DNA of 55,508 bases, filler included, from Basidiobolus ranarum (lineage: Eukaryota), in assembly GCA_040143965.1 (NCBI GenBank). It is 4 parts of 4 records of this genome, joined end to end, with 100 filler letters (N's around TTAATTAATTAA, not from the genome) between each part and the next. Parts side by side here need not be neighbours in the genome. Positions count along the whole stretch, not along the records: positions 27,831 to 41,623 come from JASJQH010000459.1; positions 41,724 to 55,508 come from JASJQH010000460.1; 2 more parts are not named here. The stretch is one strand, 5' to 3'. The notes under the pieces were generated by a model. It was given only the letters and a program-made list of their open reading frames with translations. It was not told the origin of the DNA and searched no databases. Shown piece after piece: positions 40,301-49,149 of this stretch. Position 1 is the stretch's first letter, and each line of letters opens with the position of its first letter. Both the position numbers and the translations under genes were made by a program.

Positions 40301-41274
40301 CGATATGCACGAAAAAGTTATTAAGAGCACTCTGTACGGATGTAAGACTTGTAATATTACAGAGTAAAACTTTTCATAATGCCACTGATGATGTTTTTCT
40401 TAAATATGAAGGGGACAAAGAGTATGCATCCATGCGTACATGGCAACTCAAATGTGAGCTAACTTTCATTATAGATTATAGATTATTATTATTATTTCTT
40501 TGAGATCAATGAAATTTAGATTGAGATGTTTGGCATACATGAAGAAAAAGAATATAGTGGCTAGTCTGATGAATAAAATGTCAGAATTCCCACATTTCAA
40601 TTTTATTCATAAACCATGACTATGAGTAACTTAAAATAGCCTCTGTTTCCTGTATCATAAGCCCAATGAATCTTTTATTCATCTCAAACTGCCAAATGAA
40701 ATAGAGTACCTAGCTATCTATGCAGTGTGTGCAGAGATATAATCGTTTGAGAAATACTGGCAGAGAAGTGAATCAACTAAGAGCTATAGTGTAACTTATG
40801 GCATCATTTACCAGATATGGCCATATCAAGTATTTATCTCTGTCTCAATGAGACAACAGTTCACCATTTCAACGGGAGCCTGAAGGTTGTAATCTTCGCT
40901 TTTAATCGTTGGCAAAGTATGAGAGTTTTCAATTTCGAGCAGAAGAGTTTGCCATTAGATTTGTATATATGAGCGCGGCATTATGATTACGCTCATTTAC
41001 TTTAACAGTAAAAGAATGACGTGCTTTACCCGCTTAAGCATATGCTTACTTGCATAGTGGCATGTGTTATTAATCGGCAGAATAGATATTCTGTGAGGGT
41101 TTATCAGATTTATTTGTATAAAACCGTACTAATAGGAGATATAAATGGATTGGTATTCATAGTGGCCTGATCAAAGCGCAGGTATCATAAACGTATCATC
41201 ATTCAGCAGCAAATACACCAAGATCATATGCTATGAAGCTTCATACATCAGTTCACAGCAAGTCAGATTCCTGA

Positions 41275-41623
41275 CTAGATGAAGAATAAAGCCATGAGTG
41301 TGGTAACACTGAGAATCAAGCATAGCTCATTAACTCCCGACAAGGATCGGCCATTATTACCGGTTGTAGTTGGCAAGGGTTTCGATGAAGAACTTGTTGT
41401 TGTAGTACTGGAAGGTGCTGGGGATGATACAATGGAGCTGGTTGGTAGTGTGGAAGATGATGATGGATCAAGGACTATAGGTAAGCCGTCATTTGCACAG
41501 TCTTGAATATATTGCTGCTTATCAGAGTCGGTTGGTTTTAATTTAGGGGTTTTAACTGAGGTATGTTGCGTGCATACACCCCAATTAGAGAAGTATATTA
41601 AGAAATCACGGATAAACAGACAT
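41275..41623 (-). CDS. C-terminal part of a putative GPI-anchored protein; 5' end beyond contig
   Basis: CLFIRDFLIYFSNWGVCTQH...QDCANDGLPIVLDPSSSSTLPTSS..TTTTSSSSKPLPTTTGNNGRSLSGVNELCLILSVTTLMALFFI*: S/T linker, small-residue omega region and hydrophobic tail. Confidence 0.7.
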
Positions 41624-41723
41624 NNNNNNNNNNNNNNNNNNNNNNNNNNNNNNNNNNNNNNNNNNNNTTAATTAATTAANNNNNNNNNNNNNNNNNNNNN
41701 NNNNNNNNNNNNNNNNNNNNNNN
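41624..41723. other. Artificial contig linker
   Basis: N-run with TTAATTAATTAA, 100 bp. Confidence 0.99.
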
Positions 41724-41963
41724 CACGTAGTAACGAGCATCAGCCCAATCTGTGCACAGGCCATTGTTGAAGCGGAAGCTGCGAGAGCACGAGGTGAGTA
41801 CACTGATATTGGCGAGTTTGCTTGGTGGACTAGCCACATCAGTTTCATTCAATGAGCTAGGAGCAACAGTAGTGTCGTGAGTTGGTAGAGCCTCTACTGA
41901 AGATACTACGAAAGCAGTGACTGCGAGGAAGACACAAGAAAATGCAAATGTAAATTTGGCCAT
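41724..41963 (-). CDS. Secreted protein N-terminus with a CHAP-like catalytic Cys motif; truncated at contig edge
   Basis: Signal peptide MAKFTFAFSCVFLAVTAFVVSSVEA, followed by FNNGLCTDWADARYY (compare CHAP G-x-C-T-x-[YW]-A-x-x-R). TATA-like TATAAATA about 70 bp upstream. Confidence 0.6.
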
Positions 41964-43799
41964 GTTGATTTTGAATAGTAGACTTCTAATAGTAAACCAG
42001 TACTGATTTGTGTATAGCTCCTATCCACTGTATTTATACGAATTTGTAACCTCCTCTCTCCGTCTTTGATAGCAGTCCTTCAGAGTGACTTCCAGATCCC
42101 AGGCCATTTTTTCCATTTTGATAGATGTGTTAATTATGAGAGCCATAAGTGGAATTACCAAAGTCAGTTTATTGTGTAAAAAAAATTGGAAGTTTCATTT
42201 ATTGAGTACGTACTGAAGATTCAATCCGATGGGGTATCGAATGACTATATATGGATATATAGGTTGTGGTTGTAAACAAACCAATGAGATTTTTCACAAT
42301 TTGATTTGTCCAATAAGCAATTTCAATCTTGCTCTGAGGTGTTGTTGAATCCTTTATACGACTTTCTTGGCACAGTACTATGTGATAGAAGCTGTAGATT
42401 CACCAAATTAAAGCGCAATTGTGCGACAAGCCATATCCCATCCTGATGTTAGAATAGTAGATGTGATGCTTCTGTTCCGCTAATTAAGTTCACTTCCTTA
42501 GCATTTCCCAGACCCAATCATCGAAGACAAATCAACAAGAGGAAAGGATAGATGTGATAAAAGTTGCTACGTTTTTAATAGAAATCAAAGGATTTGTTGA
42601 TTAGCTGGAATAAATTTAGAAGGGTTTCTAATTGGGAGGTGTTTTTTAAAAAGGTATGGAATAGATGATAGGCACAATCGTTTTTGGTTGAATGAATCCC
42701 GTGATTGAGACATGATGAAGTTACATGTGTGTGATCGTGATTTGAAATTGAGTCAACGTACCTTGGAGTGAAGTAGAAATAGTCGTTATTGTCAATGTAC
42801 CCACTCCAACCCTTTAGTGATCATAAGTAAATTTAACTGGCACCTCTACCATATCTTTAATCTATTTGTTTCGAGTTACAATGATTACATTTACAACTCC
42901 ATATCAAGCATCATACGCGGCTTATTAAAAATGTTGTTCAAATGAGAGGCTTGTTTACACTACTTGGGTTTGTTATGCTGGATATAATAATTAATCATAT
43001 ATGGAGACCGATCACTTTGCTTAAATAGTTGTTTTATGGAATTTCCTGGAACTTTATACCAAGAAGACAATGAATACTCTTTGAGAGAATACGAAATATT
43101 TTTAAGAATATGCAATTTGGACAGTTGTAAAGCCAATGATACCTTCGAAAATAGTACAAAAGACAGGAAATCCTCTAGCATTTTACATTGGATCATGTCG
43201 GGTGACTTTCGGCTACCAATCTCAACACCACCAGTTAGCATTAATAGTGTTAAATCAGCTCCTTAGGTGATACCTGACGTTAAAATTCTTCATGTGGGGC
43301 ATTAAACATCCAGTAAATGAGGTGTTCACCTTCTGACTGTCAATAATCATGTTGTTTCCACATCTTAGTAGATTGTCTTGTCAACCTGGTATCACGATAT
43401 GTGACTTGACAATTTTCGGATTGCAGTAATTTCAATGGCTTTTTATATACTAGTAAAGATTTCCCGGACCTCCTTCCACTTGTATAGAAATTCGAGTGGT
43501 TGGCACAGAGTTAAGGAGGATACTACCATATGTAAAGTACTTTAGACGTATTGAGTATCCCAACGAAGTGAAGTCACAAAAGCATAAACTTAATTGAGAA
43601 GTTTGTACTATTGTTATATTCGTAAATTCAGGACTGCTGAAGGACTTATTATTGACCAAGGAGAAATGATGATTATTTGCTCGTCTGAATAATCAGCTAT
43701 CTTGATATCACGTGATTCGAGGTTAGGCATTGGTACTGCAGTTTAAACGCTGCAAAATAGGCGTATTCCACTACTGGTTGTCTGTACTAAATTTGTGTA

Positions 43800-44690
43800 C
43801 TTGGTCACCTATTTTGTGACAGAATGTGGCTCATAGCCTGTAACTATTCACACACAGTGCTATCTGGTATGTTTAACGACAAAGAAGTAGTTAGCGAGTA
43901 AACTTAAGCGTATCTAAAAACCAAACATCTTCCGGCACATATTTTGATTAGGCGTTTAGAATGAATGAGTAACTAACCACCCACATTGTGGCTGGGCGTA
44001 TTTAATAACCAGTAGATATTCACAGATTGTATGGAGGTGTGTTTAACGGTAAGGAATCAGCTAACAAGTAGACTTCGGCATATTTAATAACCAAGTATCT
44101 TACAACATATATTTTAATTAGGCGCCAAAAACTACCAAGTAACTAACCACCCACATTGTGGTAGGGCGTATTTCATAGCAAGTAACTATCCGCACACAAG
44201 ACTTTAAGCATATTTGATAGTCAAATATCTTACGATGTAATATCAACGCAACTAGTCACTCATACTGTGACTACATGTGCTTCATAGCCAGTAGCCTTTC
44301 ATACATAGCACTACGTGGTATGTTTGACGACAAACAAGCAATTAGTGAGTAGACATGATTATCTAATATCCAAGTATATTGTCATTACACATATTTTGAT
44401 TCGGCGCTTATAATCAATCGAGTACTAACCCACCCCCATTGTAGTTGGGCGTATATTTTAGCAAGTAACTATCCACACACAATACTTCATTGCATGTTAA
44501 ACGGCAAAGAATCAACCAGCAAGTAAACTTTAGAATATCTCATAGCCAGGTCACATTTTGATTGAACGCCTGAAATAGTTGAACATCTAGCCACACACAT
44601 TGTGGTTGGGCGTGCTCGGTAGCCAGTAACTAACCGCAAATAGTACGTTATAGCACATATGATAACTACGAGGTGAGTAAACCTCAATGG
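43800..44690. repeat. Degenerate higher-order tandem repeat (about 42-bp monomers, about 170-bp units, about 450-bp duplication)
   Basis: AACTAACCACCCACATTGTGG..GGGCGTA at about 43971, 44141, 44424 and 44587; CACATATTTTGATTAGGCG-like at about 43936, 44105, 44388 and 44552; GTCAC-N7-GTGAC at 43804 and 44255. Confidence 0.85.
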
Positions 44691-44796
44691 TCATATTACG
44701 TAAGCTTATTCTTGGGAATATTATATAAAGAGGCCCATTTTCACTATTTCAAATAATTACAATATCCTGACTTACTCAAAACAACTTTAAGCAAAT

Positions 44797-44979
44797 ATGC
44801 ATATTCCTATCGCTGGCATTATCTTGGTGATTCTATCCATCGGAATGGTCTCAGCTGGAAACAATAGTCACTACAAAGACTGCCGCAAGACTGGCTGCCA
44901 CAAAGGGTACAAGTGTAAAAATGTCAACAAATGCCATGACCGCAAAGGACATTGCCCAGTCAAATACGAATGCAGATAG
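44797..44979 (+). CDS. Small secreted cationic 6-Cys peptide
   Basis: Signal MHIPIAGIILVILSIGMVSA; 40-aa mature part GNNSHYKDCRKTGCHKGYKCKNVNKCHDRKGHCPVKYECR. TATATAAAG at about 44722; start context CAAATATG. Confidence 0.8.
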   Translation: MHIPIAGIILVILSIGMVSAGNNSHYKDCRKTGCHKGYKCKNVNKCHDRKGHCPVKYECR

Positions 44980-45031
44980 CGAATGCAGATAACGAATGCA
45001 GATAGCGAATGCAGATGACGAATGCAGATAA
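44967..45031 (+). repeat. 13-bp minisatellite x5 (CGAATGCAGA-TRR) overlapping the peptide stop codon
   Basis: Units end in TAG, TAA, TAG, TGA, TAA. Confidence 0.95.
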
Positions 45032-45361
45032 CCATCTATCTTGAAAGAATGTTTTGTCTATTTCTCTTTGCAACTGTGTGTTTTCCTTGATATTGATTTG
45101 TTCAAATATAAAAAAAATTATTTCGTTAACGAATTTCTTACTCTCATAATTCATATTTATGAACCTGAGATGGTGGAGTTTGATTGATAATTACTGGCAT
45201 ATTGGGCATCACTGTAACATGCTGACCCCTCTAATGAGTTTTACCAGCTGTAGCGAAGAACTCTTACGGTAATTACTTTCATGGCACTTGTTGATTGATG
45301 CTGCTTTACTAGAAAAACCTATTTATTTTTGCATCATCAAGATGATTAGAGCTAACAAATT

Positions 45362-45958
45362 CTACTCAATTAAGTCACAGACCTTCTTAAAATCTTCTGC
45401 ACTCTTAGGTACAATCGGTACATTTTTAACCACTTTTTTGACTAGTGGACATCTCATACATCTATTATACACAGATAAAACATTCGGGCTACAAGCGCAT
45501 TTGACTATTTTGGTGAAACCTGCTTCTTTGAAATTTGCCGCCAAGCTGATACAATCGGAGGATAAAGCTCCCAAACAGAGTGTACACGAAGGAGCATCGA
45601 GTAAATTTGTGATTGCTGATGTTTGAAGTCCTAATGTTTTAGTTAGTATGCCTAGATTGCTTCCTAACAAGGAGGTTACATCAGATAATCCACCGACAAC
45701 ACCCTGTAAAGTTCGGCCTAATCCACCACCGACAACACCCTTTAAAGTGCGACCTAATCCAGTACCGACAACACCATTTAAGGTGCGCCCTAATCCACCA
45801 CTAACTCCTTGCAATGTCCGACCTACTCCACTTCCAACTGTACTGACACCCTTTTTCAAGTAGCCAAATGCATCACCAAAAATATTAGGATCGGGATTTG
45901 GATGAGCGAATGAAGAACCGATAACTATAACCAGAGTTACGCAAGTTAATAAACGCAT
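45362..45958 (-). CDS. Secreted protein with four 11-12-aa Gly-rich amphipathic repeats (GLGRTLxGVVGG) and a Cys-rich C-terminal domain
   Basis: 198-aa intronless ORF with signal peptide. Repeats diverge synonymously at DNA level. C-terminal CTLC..C..CAC..CMRC..C. Confidence 0.85.
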   Translation of the reverse strand: MRLLTCVTLVIVIGSSFAHPNPDPNIFGDAFGYLKKGVSTVGSGVGRTLQGVSGGLGRTLNGVVGTGLGRTLKGVVGGGLGRTLQGVVGGLSDVTSLLGSNLGILTKTLGLQTSAITNLLDAPSCTLCLGALSSDCISLAANFKEAGFTKIVKCACSPNVLSVYNRCMRCPLVKKVVKNVPIVPKSAEDFKKVCDLIE

Positions 45959-46549
45959 GGGTGATTCTAAATTGCCGAAGGATAAAGTGGATTAAGGAGA
46001 AGTATGGAGTGGTGAGGAAATGTGAAAATCAGCAACATCTTTTATTCAAATTCTTGAAGTGGCGCAGCGATGATGTTTATTTGTGACTGGATTTGAAGTA
46101 CTTGTAACAAGTCGCATAATCAAATGATTGATAGAGGTTGAAGAGAAAAGGCTTTCAAGTAGTGAAAGAGTAAGAAATTTTCATCAAATGAGTTGGCCTA
46201 AAATCAATACCTATATGAGAAATCATACAATCGTAAACATGCTTCATGTGGCAGTATGAAACACTATGAAATATACTGATACACTACCATATCTTATTCT
46301 TTGAATAAATTGGTCAATTAGGCTAACTGTAGTCTTATGTTTCTCACCATAAACCTTTAGTCATTATGAACCGCTGCTCATACCCCATTTTGATTATTGA
46401 TTATAATATCATACGCTGACATTCTCTGCTACTAGTGTATCTTACCCATTTTGTCAACATAGCACATACATTCCACAATGTATAAAGATACTTTGAATAT
46501 GGAAACTTTGTACAGCATTTCATAGTCACTACAGATTTCTTAAAATAAG

Positions 46550-46787
46550 TATTAGGTTTAACACTATCTAATTGTTGGGAATTCTCAGGGAGAATGGAAG
46601 TGAAATGGATTGTGATAAGAAAGTATGGTTTTCACATGTTAGTTTATCAGTTGGAACTTTGGTATTTATACTTTTGTCAGAAATACCATAAACTAATAAT
46701 AGGGTCATGGTGAAAAACATGTCAGGATACTGTGTACAAAGTCTGGGGGCTTTAGGACAACATTGAATTTTTTACTAAATTTCAACA
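46550..46787 (-). mobile_element. Degenerate LTR related to family 2
   Basis: Ends TTTCAACA at 46787; contains TGTGTACAAAGTCTGGGGGCTTTAGGACAA, similar to family-2 TGTGCACAAAGTTTGGGG. Left boundary approximate. Confidence 0.55.
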
Positions 46788-46939
46788 TCCTGAATATCTT
46801 TAATCAGAATCAATTAGATACAAAATTAATTCTAAGTACAAAACTAATTTCTCCCATAATCTGATATCTGCTTAAATATATATGAAATAATAGGTGTATA
46901 TTTCAACACTAATCAAAATAAGAAAAGAAGAGAAATAGT

Positions 46940-48000
46940 TCTACATTTTGCAAGTTACTCCACACAAGGATCAGAGAAGAGATACCCAAGCTCATATTGG
47001 GATGGACCTTCTATCATATGAGCTTAAATGATTCTCAACACTACTTTTTTAATCAAAGATTCCTGATATACATTGACCACAATGCTCTAAAAGCTATATT
47101 TAATATGCTAAATTGAATTGGCAGAATGGCATGAGGGAATATTATGCTACTAGAATAAAAATTTTCAATATGCCATCAAAAGGGTAAATATAATCTAGCA
47201 CTTCCATTATCCTTCTTAGTGGAAACCTACAAAGAAAAACATATTCTTGTATGTATAACAATACAAGCAAGAGGTTTAATAAGTAATGTGCAAGGACTAC
47301 TATTAAAATTTTTTTGTGCAGTCTTACAACTTCTAAGGATTGGGAATATAGCAGATAATGCTCAACAAAGTTATCAGGAAGATTGTATCATATCTTGGTA
47401 AAAAATTCATTAAAGGTGTTATTAAACTACACTTATAGGAACAATCAAATCAAAAAGCTGCTTCAGAGGCAAAATCACAAGTATAGGTGTTCAAAATTTA
47501 TCAGCAAGGTGATTCAAGAGCAGGGCACATATAGTATCTTGTAAAGCAGCAATGCAGTGTAGCACAGCTCTATAAGATGGTATGAGAAGTAGTACCAGAG
47601 TGTTCACAGTATGTGCAATACTAAAATAAGCCACCAACAGGTTATGGTGGGCAAAAACATATCCCATGACATAGCCCACTGAAAGTGCTACAAATTAACA
47701 TCATGGGCCTTGTAAAGCAAGCAAAACTGAGAAACCAATTTATATTAGTCTATCTGGACTAAGTAACACATGGCCCTTGTCAAGATCCTACAATGAAAGA
47801 ATAACAGATGTAATCATAGATTACCTTTTGATAGAATTGTTTCAAAATATAGATGTTCAAATCATCTAATAAGTCACCAAGGAATAAAACTCATGAGTAT
47901 CATCCTTGCAATCATACTATAAAGACTTAATATCAGGACAGATTTTAGTACAGCATATTGACCTAAAATAATAGCAGATTAGAGCATTTATATTAGAATG
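46940..48000 (+). mobile_element. Ty3/gypsy pol relic (RNaseH then integrase), heavily degraded
   Basis: Frameshifted EKRYPS..., QRFLIYIDHNALKAIF, IGRMA*GNIMLLE, ICHQKG; then NQFILVYLD and FSTAY*PK. RNaseH-before-integrase order indicates gypsy. Confidence 0.65.
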
Positions 48001-48063
48001 CTAATTGTTTGTTTTAACCAGTCATGCAAGAAGTTGCTGAGTGGAGTATGGAACTGAGGAAGA

Positions 48064-48733
48064 TGTTGAAATTGTTGGAGGATCTTGACATAATGGGGGT
48101 AGACTTTGAGTATTAGAAGCAACTTATGATAGTGTGTTTTAGTTAGTTTATTCTCAAGAGTATATGGTGACTTATATAGTAGAAAAGTAAATCAATTGTT
48201 TGAGATATTCAGGAGTTTGTGTAATAAGATATAATAGATAAGTGGGGGTAATAAGACATACTTGTTATATAGATATAGAGATATTCCTATTTAGAATATA
48301 GGGGCTATAGATACATTGCTTTCTGTTTCTGATATATGTATCATAACTAAAGTTAACTATGATGTTGAATAAAGATTTATTATCCAACAGAAATTAGCAT
48401 TGCCTTAACACCTATATTGTCATATATAGTTTAGTATTTAGTTATTTTATATTTAATCAAGATATTACCCATTTTTCTCAATCCAAATCTACTTAGAGTA
48501 TTTTTTCCAACTTAGAAGTTCTCAGATATATAGATTTTTCAAACTTGTGCTAGAAGCCCCAAGCTTTGCACCAATGTTCCTAGGACCTTCTGTAACACAC
48601 TCTACATGTTAGTTTGTTTACATCTTGACAAATATTTAAATGTCAACTTTCTACTCAATCAATCAATAAGTGAGAACCACTAATTTCTCTAATTCTCCAA
48701 ACCACTTCCAACAGGCTCCCAAATACTTTAATA
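48064..48733 (+). mobile_element. Family-2 solo LTR with TSD GAAGA, interrupted by a nested LTR
   Basis: TGTTGAAAT[insert]TAGCATTGCC...TACTTTAATA; GAAGA at 48059-48063 and 48734-48738. Confidence 0.9.
48073..48389. mobile_element. Family-3 solo LTR (317 bp) with TSD GAAAT, nested in the family-2 LTR
   Basis: Termini TGTTGGA...TCCAACA; GAAAT at 48068-48072 and 48390-48394. Confidence 0.88.
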
Positions 48734-48754
48734 GAAGATTCCATTAGTAAATTA

Positions 48755-49036
48755 TGTTGAAATTATTTAGGGAGAAATATTGGTCTGGCCAGGAATTGAA
48801 CCTGGGACCTCCTTCACTCTAGCAAGGTGCTCTAACCACTGAGCTACCAGTCCTTGTATGCTATGCCTATATTGCTAGGGAACCTTAACCTAGTCTGTAA
48901 ATGTATGGTACTTTGGCATTTCAGCTATACAAGCAACTGATTGGCCTTAGACTTTGTGTTCAGATGCAGTCACCATACTCCATATTTTTCTCTTTAGGAA
49001 CTACTGCTTGTACCACAAGTCACCAGACTTTCAACA
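48755..49036. mobile_element. 282-bp LTR-like element with TSD AATTA, containing a tRNA-like sequence
   Basis: Perfect 8-bp inverted termini TGTTGAAA/TTTCAACA; AATTA at 48750-48754 and 49037-49041. Confidence 0.88.
48781..48853 (-). tRNA. tRNA-like (pseudo-tRNA) sequence inside an LTR; nominal anticodon AGA, short variable loop
   Basis: GGACTGGTAGCTCAGTGGTTAGAGCACCTTGCTAGAGTGAAGGAGGTCCCAGGTTCAATTCCTGGCCAGACCA: 73 nt, A box, B box, intact D and T arms, one acceptor-stem and one anticodon-stem mismatch. Confidence 0.75.
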
Positions 49037-49149
49037 AATTATTCATCATGATACAAAGAAACTGATTATTCATCAGTATACTTATTGTTTGGTTATAGCT
49101 TGACTGATCTAGTTGACTGGCTAACACAAGAATCACAATTGTTTGAAGA

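Noticed and set aside
37400-41200. Short ORFs in the long region upstream of the ammonium transporter
   Set aside because: No recognisable motifs or splice structure; only a short direct repeat (about 37491 and 37734).
41275-41963. A single secreted GPI-anchored gene spanning the N gap
   Set aside because: The two halves lie on different size-sorted contigs joined by an artificial linker.
43800-44690. CRISPR array
   Set aside because: The intervening sequences are homologous to each other rather than unique spacers, the repeats are degenerate, there are no cas genes, and the context is eukaryotic.
48781-48853. Functional tRNA-Ser(AGA) gene
   Set aside because: No long variable arm, stem mismatches, no T-run terminator, and it is embedded in a TSD-flanked element.
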